DNA of 64,000 nt from Deltaproteobacteria bacterium (GTDB lineage Bacteria > Desulfobacterota > GWC2-55-46): the NCBI GenBank assembly GCA_016219015.1, contig JACRCL010000032.1, forward strand, positions 26,588 through 90,587, given 5' to 3'. Of this stretch, positions 9,884 through 21,066 are shown piece by piece. Position 1 is the first letter of the stretch. Each line of letters starts with the position of its first letter. Below the pieces are notes generated by a model, which saw nothing but the letters and a program-made list of their open reading frames with translations, did not search any database and had not been told where the DNA came from. Both the position numbers and the translations under genes were made by a program.

Positions 9884-10549
9884 TTGGGAACAGCCGAGAA
9901 GAAGGACAAGAAGAAACATTTCAGGGATATAGCCGAGGCCGTTATAATAGCCTTGATTTTAGCGCTCCTTATAAGGGCGTTCATAATACAGGCCTTCAAG
10001 ATACCCTCGGGCTCGATGGAGGACACGCTCCTCATAGGCGACCACATAATCGTAAGCAAGTTCGCCTACGGCCTGCAGGTCCCTCAGCCGGCCGTGATAA
10101 AGGTGCTCGGCGCGTCGGTCCCGTTCTTCGAGACCAGGCTCGTGACCTCGTGGGGGGAGGTAAAGAGGGGCGACGTGATAGTATTCCGTTTCCCCGGCGA
10201 CAGGTCCAAGGACTATATAAAGAGGGTCGTGGGCCTTCCGGGCGACAAGGTCGAGCTCAAGAACAAGGCCATCTATATTAATAACGAGAAGTGGGAGGAC
10301 CACTGGGGGGTCAACAAGGGCGGGCTCTTCGGTGAGGAGTCGGACAGGAACACTAACTTCGGCCCCTACACCGTGCCCGAAGGCTCCGTCTTCGCGATGG
10401 GCGACAACCGCGATAGAAGCTTCGATTCCCGCTACTGGGGGCCCGTGCCCATCAGGGACATAAAAGGGAAGGCGATAATCATCTACTGGTCGTGGAACAA
10501 GGACAATCACTGGGTCAGGTTTGATAGGATCGGCAAGATCATACATTAG
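9884..10549 (+). CDS. lepB: Signal peptidase I
   Basis: TTG start. Catalytic Ser region PSGSMEDTLLIGD, plus GDNRDRSFDSRYWGPVP (box E). Immediately downstream of lepA, the conserved arrangement. Confidence 0.9.
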   Translation: MGTAEKKDKKKHFRDIAEAVIIALILALLIRAFIIQAFKIPSGSMEDTLLIGDHIIVSKFAYGLQVPQPAVIKVLGASVPFFETRLVTSWGEVKRGDVIVFRFPGDRSKDYIKRVVGLPGDKVELKNKAIYINNEKWEDHWGVNKGGLFGEESDRNTNFGPYTVPEGSVFAMGDNRDRSFDSRYWGPVPIRDIKGKAIIIYWSWNKDNHWVRFDRIGKIIH

Positions 10550-10675
10550 CAGGCTGCTGAAAAAGCCCAATCTGCGGTGTCGTCTTCAAAATTCGTCACT
10601 GCGACGTACGGACAGAAGTACGTCTCATTCCTCATTTTTCGACTCCTTGCATCTTGGGACTTTTTGAGCAGCCTG
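10550..10675. repeat. Family-A MITE/REP-like element (copy A3)
   Basis: Begins 1 nt after the lepB stop. Same terminal inverted repeats and core as A1/A2. Confidence 0.8.
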
Positions 10676-10777
10676 CTGTTGAGTTTTTTAACGGCCTTTT
10701 AGATTTTTCAGCATAAATACAGGGAAAACACTTAAAAAACCATTGAAGGTTTCGCGTTTTGATGTTATAAGGCAAAA

Positions 10778-11701
10778 ATGCCCGGCCCTGTGCCCGACCC
10801 TGTGCCCAAACCTGTTGACGATTTCATCAGGTACCTTGAGGTAGAGAGGAACGCATCACTCAATACGAGGCTTTCCTACCTGAGGGACCTGAGGGAATTC
10901 GAGGCGTTCTTGAACGGCTCCGGCATCGCCTTTGACGTAAAGACGATAAAAGAGCCGGATATCACGGCCTTTGTCTACAGGCTCTTTAGAAGCAACAAGA
11001 AGGTATCGATAGCGAGGAAGCTCTCCTCGATAAGGTCTTTTTTCAGGTTCCTTTCAAGGAAGGGGCTCGTCGAGGCCAACCCGGCGGAGCTTGTGCCCAC
11101 GCCGAAGGTCGAGAAGTACCTCCCGCCGGTCCTTACGGCCGAGGAGGCCGTATCGCTCGTCGAGGGGCCGATAAAGACGGACTCACCCACGGCGCTGCGC
11201 GACCTTGCCATACTCGAGGTCCTTTACTCCTCGGGCATAAGGGTGAGCGAGCTTACGGGCGTCGCCCTTAAAGACGCAGACCTTGAAGCGGGCACGATAA
11301 AGGTGCTCGGCAAGGGCAACAAGGAGCGGATAGCGTACCTCGGCGACTACGCGAAGGACTCGTTGAAGAGATACATCGATAAAGAAAGAAGCGCAGCGGA
11401 GACAGACGCGCCCCTGTTCGCGGGCAAGGGCGGGGGCGGCAGGGTCTCCGTCCGGACGGTACAGAGGCTCGTAGGCAAGTACGTCGTGACGAGCGGGATA
11501 GACAAGACCCCGACCCCTCACGCCCTCAGACACTCGTTCGCCACGCACCTGCTCGACGCCGGTGTGGACCTGAGGTCGATCCAGGAGATGCTCGGGCACA
11601 GCAAGTTATCGACGACGCAGAGGTACACTCGGGTCAGCATGAAGTCGATGATGGAGGCCTACGACAAGGCCCACCCGAGGTCGAAGATGGGGAAGAAATG
11701 A
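10778..11701 (+). CDS. xerC: Tyrosine site-specific recombinase XerC/XerD
   Basis: Catalytic motifs are present: [36 protein letters not shown] (R-H-R-Y). The downstream hslVU pair matches the common xerC-hslVU arrangement, which supports calling it XerC rather than XerD. Confidence 0.8.
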   Translation: MPGPVPDPVPKPVDDFIRYLEVERNASLNTRLSYLRDLREFEAFLNGSGIAFDVKTIKEPDITAFVYRLFRSNKKVSIARKLSSIRSFFRFLSRKGLVEANPAELVPTPKVEKYLPPVLTAEEAVSLVEGPIKTDSPTALRDLAILEVLYSSGIRVSELTGVALKDADLEAGTIKVLGKGNKERIAYLGDYAKDSLKRYIDKERSAAETDAPLFAGKGGGGRVSVRTVQRLVGKYVVTSGIDKTPTPHALRHSFATHLLDAGVDLRSIQEMLGHSKLSTTQRYTRVSMKSMMEAYDKAHPRSKMGKK

Positions 11702-11777
11702 ACTACCCTGCAGCTTGCTAAAGGGAGTGCTCAAGTTAAAAGAAATTTTTTTATGGAATGGGGCTACCAATAATTAT

Positions 11778-12311
11778 ATGACGACATTTCACGGAACGAC
11801 TGTGATAGCGATAAGGAGGGACGGCCGCGTCGCGATAGCTGGCGACGGGCAGGTTACCCTCGGCAATACCATCATGAAAAAAGGCGCGGTCAAGGTAAGG
11901 CGCATAAAGGACAAGGTCCTTGCGGGCTTCGCCGGCTCCACGGCCGACGCCATGACGCTCTTCGACAAGTTCGAGAGCAAGCTGGAGGAGTCGAGGGGCA
12001 ACATCACGAAGGCCGTGGTGGAGCTTGCAAAGGACTGGAGGACAGACAGGGTCTTACGTAGGCTTGAGGCCCTCTTGATAGTGGCCGACAAGGACCATAC
12101 CTTCATCGTCTCCGGCAGCGGCGACGTAATCGAACCCGAGGACGGCATAGCCTCCATCGGGAGCGGCGGGGCCTTCGCGTCAGCGGCGGCAAAGGTGCTG
12201 ATGCGCCACACAAGCCTCGACGCCAGGGCAATAGCCGAGGAATCGATAAAGACGGCCGCCGAGATATGCATATACACGAACAGCGAAATAACCATAGAGG
12301 AACTTTTCTGA
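11778..12311 (+). CDS. hslV: ATP-dependent protease subunit HslV
   Basis: The Thr-first motif (M)[15 protein letters not shown] follows the ATG at 11778. The track ORF adds 21 non-conserved residues from 11715. Confidence 0.9.
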   Translation: MTTFHGTTVIAIRRDGRVAIAGDGQVTLGNTIMKKGAVKVRRIKDKVLAGFAGSTADAMTLFDKFESKLEESRGNITKAVVELAKDWRTDRVLRRLEALLIVADKDHTFIVSGSGDVIEPEDGIASIGSGGAFASAAAKVLMRHTSLDARAIAEESIKTAAEICIYTNSEITIEELF

Positions 12312-12312
12312 G

Positions 12313-13671
12313 ATGAAGAGCTTTACACCAAGGGAGATAGTATCCGAGCTCGACAAGTACATAATCGGGCAGAAGAAGGCGAAGAGGGCGGTGGCGATAG
12401 CTTTGAGGAACCGCTGGAGGCGCCAGCAGGTCAGGGCCGACCTCCGGGACGAGATATCCCCGAAGAACATCATCATGATAGGGCCCACGGGCGTGGGCAA
12501 GACTGAGAGATCGAGGAGGCTCGCCAAGCTCGCTCAGGCGCCTTTCATCAAGGTCGAGGCGAGCAAGTTCACCGAGGTGGGCTATGTCGGAAGGGACGTG
12601 GAGTCGATCATAAGGGACCTGACCGAGTTGTCTGTAAAGATGGTAAAGGACGAGGAGAAGGTAAGCGTGCTCGTAAAGGCGAAGGACGCGGCCGAGGAGA
12701 GGGTCCTCGACTTCCTCCTCCCGCCCGTCACCGCCGCCCCGTTCCAGCCCGCTGACCAGGAGAGGATTATCAAAGAGCGGGAGCTTCAGAAGGCCACGCG
12801 GGACAAGTTAAGGACGCTGCTGCGTGAAGGCAAGCTCGACGACAGGACGGTGGAGATAGAGACGGCCGAGCAGCAGAAGATGCCCTCGATAGAGATACTA
12901 TCTTCGGCGGGGGTGGAAGAGATGGACATGAACCTGAAGGACATGTTCTCGAACATCTTCCCGAAGAAGACCCGGAAGAGGAAGGTGAAGGTCCCGGAGG
13001 CATACGAGCTTATAACGCAGGAAGAGGCGCAGAAGCTCATAGACATGGACAAGGTCGTAAAGGAGGCCGTGGAGCGCGTCGAGCAGTCCGGCATCGTCTT
13101 CATAGACGAGATAGACAAGATCGCCGGCAGGCAGGCCGGGACGACCCCGGACATATCGAGGGAGGGCGTCCAGAGGGACCTCCTGCCTATAGTCGAGGGC
13201 TCCACCGTGAACACCAAGTACGGGATGGTGAAGACCGACCATATACTCTTCATCGCCTCCGGCGCGTTCCATGTGGCCAAGCCGTCGGACCTGATACCGG
13301 AGTTCCAGGGCAGGTTCCCGATAAGGGTCGAGCTCGAGCCGCTCGGCGAGGAGGACTTCATACGGATACTCACCGAGCCGGAGAACGCGCTGTTGAAGCA
13401 GTACAAGGCCCTGCTTGAGACCGAGACGATAGAGATAACCTACACCGACGACGCCGTGCGGGAGATAGCGTCGATCGCAGCGCTCGTCAACGAGCGGATG
13501 GAGAATATCGGCGCGCGGAGGCTCCATACGGTCATGGAGAGGGTCTTTGACGAGATATCCTTCGAGGCCCCGGACATGCCCCGCAAGGCGCTCGTCATAG
13601 ACAGGGAATACGTGAGAAAGAGGCTCTCCGACATAGTAAAGGACGAGGACCTCTCTCGGTATATATTATAA
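12313..13671 (+). CDS. hslU: ATP-dependent protease ATPase subunit HslU
   Basis: N-terminus [37 protein letters not shown], Walker A GPTGVGKT and a ClpX-type AAA+ domain. The start is 1 nt after the hslV stop. Confidence 0.95.
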   Translation: MKSFTPREIVSELDKYIIGQKKAKRAVAIALRNRWRRQQVRADLRDEISPKNIIMIGPTGVGKTERSRRLAKLAQAPFIKVEASKFTEVGYVGRDVESIIRDLTELSVKMVKDEEKVSVLVKAKDAAEERVLDFLLPPVTAAPFQPADQERIIKERELQKATRDKLRTLLREGKLDDRTVEIETAEQQKMPSIEILSSAGVEEMDMNLKDMFSNIFPKKTRKRKVKVPEAYELITQEEAQKLIDMDKVVKEAVERVEQSGIVFIDEIDKIAGRQAGTTPDISREGVQRDLLPIVEGSTVNTKYGMVKTDHILFIASGAFHVAKPSDLIPEFQGRFPIRVELEPLGEEDFIRILTEPENALLKQYKALLETETIEITYTDDAVREIASIAALVNERMENIGARRLHTVMERVFDEISFEAPDMPRKALVIDREYVRKRLSDIVKDEDLSRYIL

Positions 13672-13741
13672 CAGAAAGCAATACGGTCCAGCCGTGGCGG
13701 GCCCTGGCCCAGCCGCGGTATTTAAATTTTATGGAGCCGCC

Positions 13742-14599
13742 GTGCAGAAGAACCTTGAAAAGATAAGGACCCTATTTGAATCCCTTCCCTACATAAGGAA
13801 GTTCTACAACAAGACCATCGTGATAAAATACGGCGGCCACGCCATGGTCGAGGAGGGGCTCAAGATGAGCTTCGCCAGGGACATGGTGCTCATGAAGTAC
13901 GTGGGCATAAACCCCGTCATTGTACACGGCGGCGGCCCGCAGATAGGCGGCCTGCTTGCCCGGCTCGGCAAGGAATCGAGGTTCGTAAAGGGGATAAGGG
14001 TCACTGACGACGAGACCATGGACGTCGTGGAGATGGTCCTCGTCGGCAAGATAAACAAGGAGATAGTCGGCCTCATAAACCACTTCGGCGGCAGGGCCGT
14101 GGGGCTCGGCGGCAAGGACGGCGGGCTCATAAAGGCCAAAAGCCTCAAGATAAAGGGCGAGGAGATGGGGTTCGCCGGGGACGTCGATTCCATCGACCCG
14201 TCGGTCATAAAGACCCTCGAGATGAATAACTTCATCCCCGTGATAGCGCCCGTCGGAGGCGGGGAGGGCGGCCACAGCTACAACATAAACGCCGATACCG
14301 TGGCCGGTAAGGTCGCAAGCGCCCTGAAGGCCGAGAAGCTGATACTCCTTACGGACGTGGCCGGGGTGCTCGACAAGAACAAGAAGCTCCTGTCGAGCCT
14401 GAGCCTTTCTGAGGCGCGCTCGCTAATAAACAAGAAGATAGCCGTTGGCGGGATGATACCGAAGCTCCAGTGCTGCATGGAGGCCGTGGCCTCCGGGGTA
14501 ACCACCGCGCACATAATAGACGGCAGGGTAGAGCACGCGGTCATGCTCGAGGTCTTCACGGACCAGGGCGTTGGCACGGCTATAGGGTTGAAGAAATAA
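13742..14599 (+). CDS. argB: Acetylglutamate kinase
   Basis: [22 protein letters not shown] and [10 protein letters not shown] are both present. I chose the GTG at 13742, which follows a GGAG RBS. The ORF-caller start at 13694 (also GTG) would add 16 aa. Confidence 0.88.
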   Translation: MQKNLEKIRTLFESLPYIRKFYNKTIVIKYGGHAMVEEGLKMSFARDMVLMKYVGINPVIVHGGGPQIGGLLARLGKESRFVKGIRVTDDETMDVVEMVLVGKINKEIVGLINHFGGRAVGLGGKDGGLIKAKSLKIKGEEMGFAGDVDSIDPSVIKTLEMNNFIPVIAPVGGGEGGHSYNINADTVAGKVASALKAEKLILLTDVAGVLDKNKKLLSSLSLSEARSLINKKIAVGGMIPKLQCCMEAVASGVTTAHIIDGRVEHAVMLEVFTDQGVGTAIGLKK

Positions 14600-14618
14600 T
14601 CTTTGGAAGGGGACTGAG

Positions 14619-15815
14619 TTGACTAACAGGGAAGTAATCGCGCTTACGGAAAAGCACGTAGCCAACACATACGGCAGGTTCCCGGTCGCAATCGTCAGGG
14701 GGCAGGGCAGGCGGGTCTGGGACGCGGATGGCAGGGCGTACCTTGATTTCACGTCGGGGCTTGCCGTCTGCAACCTCGGCCACTGCCACCCGAATGTCGT
14801 TGCCGCCATCAAGGCGCAGGCCGAAAAGCTCATCCATATCTCGAACCTCTACCATATCGAGACACAGTCCGAGCTGGCAAGGCTCCTTACCGAAAACTCC
14901 TTCGCGGACAAGGCGTTTTTCTGCAACTCAGGGGCCGAGGCGAACGAGGCCGCGATAAAGCTCGCCCGCAAGTATTTCAGCAATAAGGGAGAGGGCAGGT
15001 TCCAGGTAATAACGATGGAGAAGTCCTTCCACGGCAGGACCCTGGCCGCGCTCGCGGCAACGGGGCAGAAAAAATTTCAGGCCGGGTTTGAGCCTCTTTT
15101 GGAGAAGTTCACCTACGTGCCCTTCAACGACGTCCCGGCGCTCAAGGCCGCCGTGAACGGACAGACCGCGGCCGTAATGATAGAGCCCATACAGGGCGAG
15201 GGCGGGGTCAACGTCCCTTCGGACGAATACCTGAAGGGTGTAAAAGAGGTCTGCAAAAAGGCGGGCGCGCTCCTCATATACGACGAGGTGCAGGTCGGCA
15301 TGGGCAGGACTGGAACGCTCTTCGCCTACGAGAACTATAACGTCGCGCCCGACATAATGACTCTCGCCAAGGGGCTTGCCGGGGGCGTAGCCATAGGAGC
15401 GATGCTCGCCACCGACGAGGTAGCCGCGGCCTTTACCCCGGGCTCCCACGCCTCTACCTTCGGGGGCAACCCGCTGGCGACTGCCGCCGGCATAGCCGCG
15501 ATTAAAACCATGCTCGGCGAGAATGTCCTCGATAACTGCAGGAAGTCCGGCGGATACCTTTTCAGGAAGCTGGAAGAGCTAAAGAGTAAATATCATTTCA
15601 TAAAAGAAGTGCGCGGCAAGGGGCTAATAATCGGCATGGAGCTTGCCGAGGGGATAAAGGGCGGGGATATAGTGAAAGAGTGCCTCGGCAAGGGGCTTCT
15701 CATCAACTGCGTCGGAGATAAGACGCTCCGGTTCATCCCTGCGCTTACGGTAACAACGGAAGAGATAGACGAGATGCTCGGTACACTTGAAGGGGTGCTG
15801 GCGGGGGTTAAATAA
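14619..15815 (+). CDS. argD: Acetylornithine aminotransferase (class III PLP enzyme)
   Basis: TTG start. Motifs FCNSGAEANEAAIKLARKY and LIYDEVQVGMGRTGTLFAYE, with PLP-Lys context TLAKGLAGG. Confidence 0.9.
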   Translation: MTNREVIALTEKHVANTYGRFPVAIVRGQGRRVWDADGRAYLDFTSGLAVCNLGHCHPNVVAAIKAQAEKLIHISNLYHIETQSELARLLTENSFADKAFFCNSGAEANEAAIKLARKYFSNKGEGRFQVITMEKSFHGRTLAALAATGQKKFQAGFEPLLEKFTYVPFNDVPALKAAVNGQTAAVMIEPIQGEGGVNVPSDEYLKGVKEVCKKAGALLIYDEVQVGMGRTGTLFAYENYNVAPDIMTLAKGLAGGVAIGAMLATDEVAAAFTPGSHASTFGGNPLATAAGIAAIKTMLGENVLDNCRKSGGYLFRKLEELKSKYHFIKEVRGKGLIIGMELAEGIKGGDIVKECLGKGLLINCVGDKTLRFIPALTVTTEEIDEMLGTLEGVLAGVK

Positions 15816-15934
15816 TTTTTGTCGATACGGGTGGGTCGCAGGTTGATCTTTCACCCTCAATTCACCCTCCTCTCAATCCCCTCCCATCTTAGGGAGGGGA
15901 GGAATTAAAATCAAATCGAAACAGCGGAGCATAG

Positions 15935-16852
15935 ATGAACCTCCTTACGATAGCTGATCTAAACAAGGAAGAGATAGACGACCTCATCGGGCGGGCGGGG
16001 GCGTTGAAGGAAAGGCACAGGAAGGGCATACCGCATACGCCGCTCCGCGGGAAGACGCTCGGGATGATATTCGAGAAGTCCTCCACAAGGACGCGGGTGT
16101 CGTTCGAGGTGGCGATGCATCAGCTCGGGGGCAGCTCGATATTCATAAGCGGCAAGGACTCCCAGATAGGCAGGGGCGAGCCGATAAAGGACACCTCCCG
16201 CGTGATGTCGAGGTACGTTGACGCGATAGTCATAAGGACCTTCGGCCACGAGATAATAGAGGAGTACGCTCGGTACTCGTCCGTCCCGGTCATAAACGGC
16301 CTGACGGACGCGCACCACCCGTGCCAGGTGCTCGCGGACGTGCTTACCGTGGTCGAGAAAAAGGGCGGCTACGAGGGGCTCAAGTTCTGCTGGATAGGCG
16401 ACGGCAACAACATGGCGAACTCCTGGATAGAGGCCGCCATGAGGCTCGGTTTCGACCTTACACTTGCCTGCCCGAGGGGGTACGCCCCTGATAACGTCTT
16501 CCTGAAGAGGGCGAAGGCCGAGGGCGCGGCAAGGGTCCGTGTCACGGAAGACATCGCCGGGGCCGCGAAAGACGCCGACGTGCTCAATACCGACGTATGG
16601 GCCTCGATGGGGCAGGAGGAAGAAAGCGCCAAAAGGAGGCTGGCCTTCGCCGGTTACCAGATAAACTCGGAAGTCCTCAAGCTCGCCAAGAAGGACGCCG
16701 TTGTCCTCCACTGCCTCCCGGCCCACAGAGGGGAAGAGATAACCGACGAGGTGATCGAAGGGGCGAATTCAGCGGTGTGGGACGAGGCCGAGAACAGGCT
16801 CCACATACAGAAGGCGATACTCGAGTGGCTTTTGGTGGATGGCGGAAGGTAA
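15935..16852 (+). CDS. argF: Ornithine carbamoyltransferase
   Basis: Carbamoyl-phosphate-binding motif STRTRVSFE, ornithine-binding HCLPAHRGEE and a DVWASMG-like motif. Confidence 0.92.
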   Translation: MNLLTIADLNKEEIDDLIGRAGALKERHRKGIPHTPLRGKTLGMIFEKSSTRTRVSFEVAMHQLGGSSIFISGKDSQIGRGEPIKDTSRVMSRYVDAIVIRTFGHEIIEEYARYSSVPVINGLTDAHHPCQVLADVLTVVEKKGGYEGLKFCWIGDGNNMANSWIEAAMRLGFDLTLACPRGYAPDNVFLKRAKAEGAARVRVTEDIAGAAKDADVLNTDVWASMGQEEESAKRRLAFAGYQINSEVLKLAKKDAVVLHCLPAHRGEEITDEVIEGANSAVWDEAENRLHIQKAILEWLLVDGGR

Positions 16853-16859
16853 AATTTAG

Positions 16860-16975
16860 CAGGCTGCTCAAAAAGTCCATCTGCTTTGTTGTCTACGTCT
16901 TGTCATAACGCAAGGAGAGCACGCCTCATTCCTCGCTTCTCGACGCCTCGCATCTGGAGCTTTTTGAGCAGCCTG
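16860..16975. repeat. Family-A MITE/REP-like element (copy A4, subfamily 2)
   Basis: Perfect terminal inverted repeats caggctgctcaaaaag / ctttttgagcagcctg. The core is a diverged relative of A1 and the inverted counterpart of the copy at 4916-5030. Confidence 0.75.
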
Positions 16976-17079
16976 AGCAAGATTTGAGTTTTTAGCAACC
17001 ATTAAATTATAATATGTTACAGCAGTTATTTGATAAAAAATTTTAAGTATTGCATTAGACAATAAGGCATAAAGGAGAA

Positions 17080-18291
17080 GTGATGGGCAAGGAGATAAAG
17101 AGGGTAGTCCTGGCGTACTCGGGCGGGCTCGATACGTCGGTAATAATGAAGTGGCTCATCGAGAGGTACGGCTGCGAGGTCGTCGCCTTCTCAGCCGATA
17201 TCGGGCAGGGCTCCGAGCTGAAGGGGCTCAAGGAAAAGGCCGTCAATACCGGAGCGAAAAAAATATATATAAAAGACCTGAGGGCGGAGTTCGTCTCCGA
17301 CTTCGTCTTCCCGATGCTCAGGGCCGCCTCGGTCTACGAGGGGACTTACCTCCTCGGCACTTCCATCGCGAGGCCGCTCATAGCAAAGGCCCAGATGGAG
17401 ATAGCCAGGGCCGAGAGGGCCGACGCCGTGTCGCACGGGGCCACGGGCAAGGGCAACGACCAGGTCAGGTTCGAGCTTACCTACTATTCGATAAACCCTC
17501 ACATAAAGGTCATAGCGCCCTGGCGCGAATGGGACATGAAGGGCAGGGCCGACCTCATCCGCTACGCCAAAAAGCACGGCATCCCGGTGCCGGTCACGAA
17601 GTCGAAGCCCTACAGCTCCGACAGGAACCTCTTCCACATAAGCTTCGAGGGCGGCATACTCGAAGACCCGTGGGCCGAGCCGCCCGAGGACATGTACGTC
17701 CTTACGAAGTCCCCGGAGAAGGCCCCGAACAGGCCGTCCTACGTCGAGGTAGGCTTCGAGGCCGGTAACCCCGTCTCCGTGAACGGCAGAAGGATGGCCC
17801 CGGCAGCGCTCCTTTCAAGGTTGAACGAGCTTGGAGGGGAGAACGGCGTCGGCAGGGTCGATATGGTCGAGAGCCGCTACGTGGGCATGAAGTCGAGGGG
17901 CGTCTACGAGACCCCCGGAGGCACGATACTCCACGCGGCGCGCAGGGCAGTCGAGTCGATAACAATGGACAGGGAGCTTATTCACCTGCGGGACAGTTTG
18001 ACGCCGAGGTACTCGCAGCTCGTCTACTACGGGTACTGGTACTCCCCTGAGAGGAAGGCCCTCCAGGGACTGATAGACGAGGCCACCGGCAATGTCACTG
18101 GGGTGGCGCGCGTAAAGCTTTACAAGGGCAACGTGATAATAGCGGGCAGGAAGGCCCAGGCGTCGCTCTATCACCCGGACTTCGCGACCTTCGAGGAGGA
18201 TACGGTCTACGACCAGAAGGACGCCGAGGGGTTCATAAAGATAAATGCCCTGAGGCTCAAGATAAAGGCGATGGCCGACAGGAAGAAATAA
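17080..18291 (+). CDS. argG: Argininosuccinate synthase
   Basis: N-terminal motif [13 protein letters not shown], plus ADIGQG and the conserved ...[15 protein letters not shown]. Confidence 0.95.
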   Translation: MMGKEIKRVVLAYSGGLDTSVIMKWLIERYGCEVVAFSADIGQGSELKGLKEKAVNTGAKKIYIKDLRAEFVSDFVFPMLRAASVYEGTYLLGTSIARPLIAKAQMEIARAERADAVSHGATGKGNDQVRFELTYYSINPHIKVIAPWREWDMKGRADLIRYAKKHGIPVPVTKSKPYSSDRNLFHISFEGGILEDPWAEPPEDMYVLTKSPEKAPNRPSYVEVGFEAGNPVSVNGRRMAPAALLSRLNELGGENGVGRVDMVESRYVGMKSRGVYETPGGTILHAARRAVESITMDRELIHLRDSLTPRYSQLVYYGYWYSPERKALQGLIDEATGNVTGVARVKLYKGNVIIAGRKAQASLYHPDFATFEEDTVYDQKDAEGFIKINALRLKIKAMADRKK

Positions 18292-18328
18292 CGGGCAAGG
18301 GACGCTTGATAAAAAAGGAGTCGAGGTT

Positions 18329-19090
18329 TTGAAGCTCTGCAGGTTTTCTTTTAATAACAAGGTCTCATACGGAGTAATAGAGGAAGGGGCCGTCTATGAG
18401 ACGGACAGCCCGTTTTCCGGCGTCGTCAAAAAGGGGGAGGGCAGAAGGCTCGAAGACGTAAGGCTCCTTGCGCCTGTGGAGCCTTCGAAGATAGTCGCCA
18501 TAGGGCTCAATTACAGGGCGCACGCCGCCGAGTTCGGGAAAGCGCTACCCGAAGAGCCGATGATCTTCATGAAGCCCTCAACGGCAGTCATCGGCCCGGA
18601 GGACGAAATAGTCTACCCGTCCCACATGTCCCACAGGGTCGATTACGAAGGAGAGCTCGGGGTGGTGATAGGGAAAAGGGCCAAGGACGTGAGGGTCGAG
18701 GACGCGGCCTCGTTCATATTGGGCTATACATGCTTCAACGACGTCACCGCGAGGGACCTCCAGGGCAAGGACGTGCAGTTCACGAGGGCGAAGGGCTTCG
18801 ATACCTTCGCGTGCGTGGGGCCGTGGATAGAGACCGGTATTAACCCGCTGGACGCGAGGATCGAGACGTACCTGAACGGCGAGAAGAAGCAGGACACCTC
18901 CACGCACGACATGATATTCGACGTCTTCAAGATAGTCAGCTTCGTCTCCCACGTGATGACGCTCCTTCCCGGCGACATGATAGCCACCGGCACGCCCCCG
19001 GGCGTGGGAAAGATGAAGCCGGGCAATATAGTGGAAGTTAGGATAAGCGGGATAGGGACGTTAAAAAACATAGTGGTTGAAAGGGCTTAG
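18329..19090 (+). CDS. Fumarylacetoacetate hydrolase (FAH)-family protein
   Basis: TTG start. [10 protein letters not shown]...[14 protein letters not shown]...[13 protein letters not shown] are typical of the FAH / HpaG-YcgM fold. Confidence 0.8.
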   Translation: MKLCRFSFNNKVSYGVIEEGAVYETDSPFSGVVKKGEGRRLEDVRLLAPVEPSKIVAIGLNYRAHAAEFGKALPEEPMIFMKPSTAVIGPEDEIVYPSHMSHRVDYEGELGVVIGKRAKDVRVEDAASFILGYTCFNDVTARDLQGKDVQFTRAKGFDTFACVGPWIETGINPLDARIETYLNGEKKQDTSTHDMIFDVFKIVSFVSHVMTLLPGDMIATGTPPGVGKMKPGNIVEVRISGIGTLKNIVVERA

Positions 19091-19142
19091 AGGTAGCCTG
19101 GACTTAAACAGCGCAGCATATATCAAGGAGGTATCTGGGAAC

Positions 19143-20375
19143 ATGGCCGATGATTACATTCAGGGGCTTTTTGCCGAAAGGATAGGCGGGGCCTCCTTTG
19201 GGAAATCGACCAAGGTCTACAAGTTCGAGAAGATAAAGAGGGCGAAGGCCGAGGCGAAAAAGAAGAACCCCAACGTCGAGCTATTGGACTTCGGAGTGGG
19301 CGAGCCTGACGAGATGGCGTTCCCGCTTGTCGTCGAGGCCCTGAGGCTCGAGTGCGCCAAGCCCGAGAACAGGGGCTATTCAGATAACGGCATCGTAGAG
19401 CTCAAGGAGGCCGCGGCAAGGTACCTTGAGAAGGTATACGGTGTAGCCGGCATAGACCCGGCCAAAGAGGTCATCCACTCGATAGGCTCGAAGCCCGCGC
19501 TCGCGATGCTGCCGGACGCGTTCATAAACCACGGCGACGCCGTGCTCATGACAGTTCCGGGCTACCCGATACTCGCGACCCACACCGAGTGGAACGGCGG
19601 GAAGGTCATAAAGCTCCCCTTGAAAGAGGAGAACGGTTTCCTCCCTGACCTCGATAGCGTCCCCGAAAAGGACCTGAAGGCCGTAAAGCTATTGTACCTC
19701 AATTACCCGAATAACCCCACGGGCGCCACCGCCACGCCGGAGTTCTTCGGCAAGGTCGTCGAGTTCGCGAAGAAGAACAGGATAATAGTCGTGCATGACG
19801 CCGCTTACGCGGCCCTTTCCTTCGAGGGCAAGCCGTTGAGCTTCCTTTCCATCGAAGGCGCGAAGGACGTAGGAATAGAGATACACTCGTTCTCGAAGGC
19901 CTTCAACATGACCGGGTGGAGGCTCGCCTTCGTTGCGGGTAACGAAAAGGTCGTAGCGGCCTACGGCAACGTCAAGGACAATTTCGACTCCGGCCAGTTC
20001 ATAGCCATACAGAAGGCGGGCATACACGCCCTCGACCATCCGGAGATAACGGAGAAAATATCGGCCAAGTACAAAAGAAGGCTTAAGCTCATGGTAGACG
20101 CCCTGAACGCCTGCGGCTTTTCCGCCGCCATGCCCAAAGGGTCGTTTTACCTCTACGCCGGAGCGCCGAAGAAGGCGAAGGGCGTGAAGTTCGGCAGCGC
20201 CGAGGACGTCTCCGAGTACCTTATAAAGGAGGCGCAGATATCCACGGTGCCGTGGGACGACGTGGGCAGGTACTTGAGGTTCTCGGCGACCTTCGCGGCA
20301 AAGGACACGCAGGACGAGTACAGGGTCATAGAGGAGATGCAGAAGAGGCTGAAGGCCCTTGAGCTTGAGTTCTGA
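19143..20375 (+). CDS. Class I/II PLP aminotransferase, LL-diaminopimelate-aminotransferase-like
   Basis: Motifs LDFGVGEPD, YLNYPNNPTG and the SFSKAFNMTGWRLAF PLP-Lys motif. ATG at 19143 follows RBS aggagg; the track ORF extends to 19077. Confidence 0.7.
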   Translation: MADDYIQGLFAERIGGASFGKSTKVYKFEKIKRAKAEAKKKNPNVELLDFGVGEPDEMAFPLVVEALRLECAKPENRGYSDNGIVELKEAAARYLEKVYGVAGIDPAKEVIHSIGSKPALAMLPDAFINHGDAVLMTVPGYPILATHTEWNGGKVIKLPLKEENGFLPDLDSVPEKDLKAVKLLYLNYPNNPTGATATPEFFGKVVEFAKKNRIIVVHDAAYAALSFEGKPLSFLSIEGAKDVGIEIHSFSKAFNMTGWRLAFVAGNEKVVAAYGNVKDNFDSGQFIAIQKAGIHALDHPEITEKISAKYKRRLKLMVDALNACGFSAAMPKGSFYLYAGAPKKAKGVKFGSAEDVSEYLIKEAQISTVPWDDVGRYLRFSATFAAKDTQDEYRVIEEMQKRLKALELEF

Positions 20376-20420
20376 GATCGTACCTTTAACAATTGACAGC
20401 CGCTGGAAACTTTGGAATTT

Positions 20421-20554
20421 CTGATTAATTCGCAGCCGCATGTCATTCTGAGCGTGTGAGCCGAAGCCCTGAGCGAAGCGAAGGGGAAGAATCTCATGGT
20501 AAAAAAAATCAGCAGTTACGAGATTCTTCGGTCGCTCCGCTCCTTCAGAATGAC
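20421..20554. repeat. Family-B palindromic element (copy B2), inverted relative to B1
   Basis: ctgattaatt...gtcattctgag...ttcagaatgac. The interior is essentially the reverse complement of 541-653. It ends 20 nt before the folK ATG. Confidence 0.7.
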
Positions 20555-20574
20555 GGAAGCAGCCTGCTAAAGCC

Positions 20575-21063
20575 ATGCTCCAGAAGGCATTCATCTCCAT
20601 AGGCTCCAACAAGGGCGGCAGGATCGACAACTGCCGGACGGCCGTCTGGCTCGTCGGCTCCGGCAGGAAGACCTTTGTCGTAAAGAAAAGCTCCTTTTAC
20701 GAGACCGAGCCCTGGGGCAACCCGGACCAGCCCCCTTTCATAAACGCAGTAATAGAGGTAAGGACGGAGCTTGGGCCGAGGGAGCTTCTCGGGCTTTTGA
20801 AGTCAATAGAGCGGAAGATGGGCAGGACCCCGTCGGTCCCGCTGGGGCCGAGGGTGATAGACCTCGACATAATATTCTACGGGCAGGCCGTCATAAACGA
20901 AAGAGGGCTAAAGGTGCCGCACCCGCAAGCTGGTGAGCGCGCGTTCGTCCTCCTGCCCCTGAACGAGATAGCCCCGGAGTTCGTCCATCCCTCGCTGAAA
21001 AAAAAGGTCTTTGAGCTGGCCGCCTCGCTCAAGGACACGGGCGGGATAAAGAGACTTGTCTGA
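20575..21063 (+). CDS. folK: 2-amino-4-hydroxy-6-hydroxymethyldihydropteridine pyrophosphokinase (HPPK)
   Basis: AFISIGSNKG...YETEPWG...RVIDLDIIFYG...VPHPQAGERAFVLLPL matches the HPPK signature. Confidence 0.88.
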   Translation: MLQKAFISIGSNKGGRIDNCRTAVWLVGSGRKTFVVKKSSFYETEPWGNPDQPPFINAVIEVRTELGPRELLGLLKSIERKMGRTPSVPLGPRVIDLDIIFYGQAVINERGLKVPHPQAGERAFVLLPLNEIAPEFVHPSLKKKVFELAASLKDTGGIKRLV

Positions 21064-21066
21064 AAT

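Noticed and set aside
8788-10059. 423-aa minus-strand ORF spanning the lepA-lepB junction
   Set aside because: Antisense to two conserved genes. Composition-driven open frame, no recognisable domain.
11715-11777. N-terminal 21-aa extension of HslV in the ORF track
   Set aside because: HslV requires Thr immediately after the initiator Met. The ATG at 11778 gives MTTFHGTTV, so the extension is an ORF-caller artefact.
13694-13741. Longer argB start (GTG at 13694)
   Set aside because: The extension [16 protein letters not shown] is not conserved in ArgB. A GGAG RBS precedes the internal GTG at 13742, which yields the canonical [22 protein letters not shown]-terminus. Kept as an alternative only.
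16976-17079. ArgR operator (ARG box) in the AT-rich leader of argG
   Set aside because: Only a weak single TGCATTA-like half-site. There is no paired 18-bp palindrome resembling TNTGAATWWWWATTCANW.
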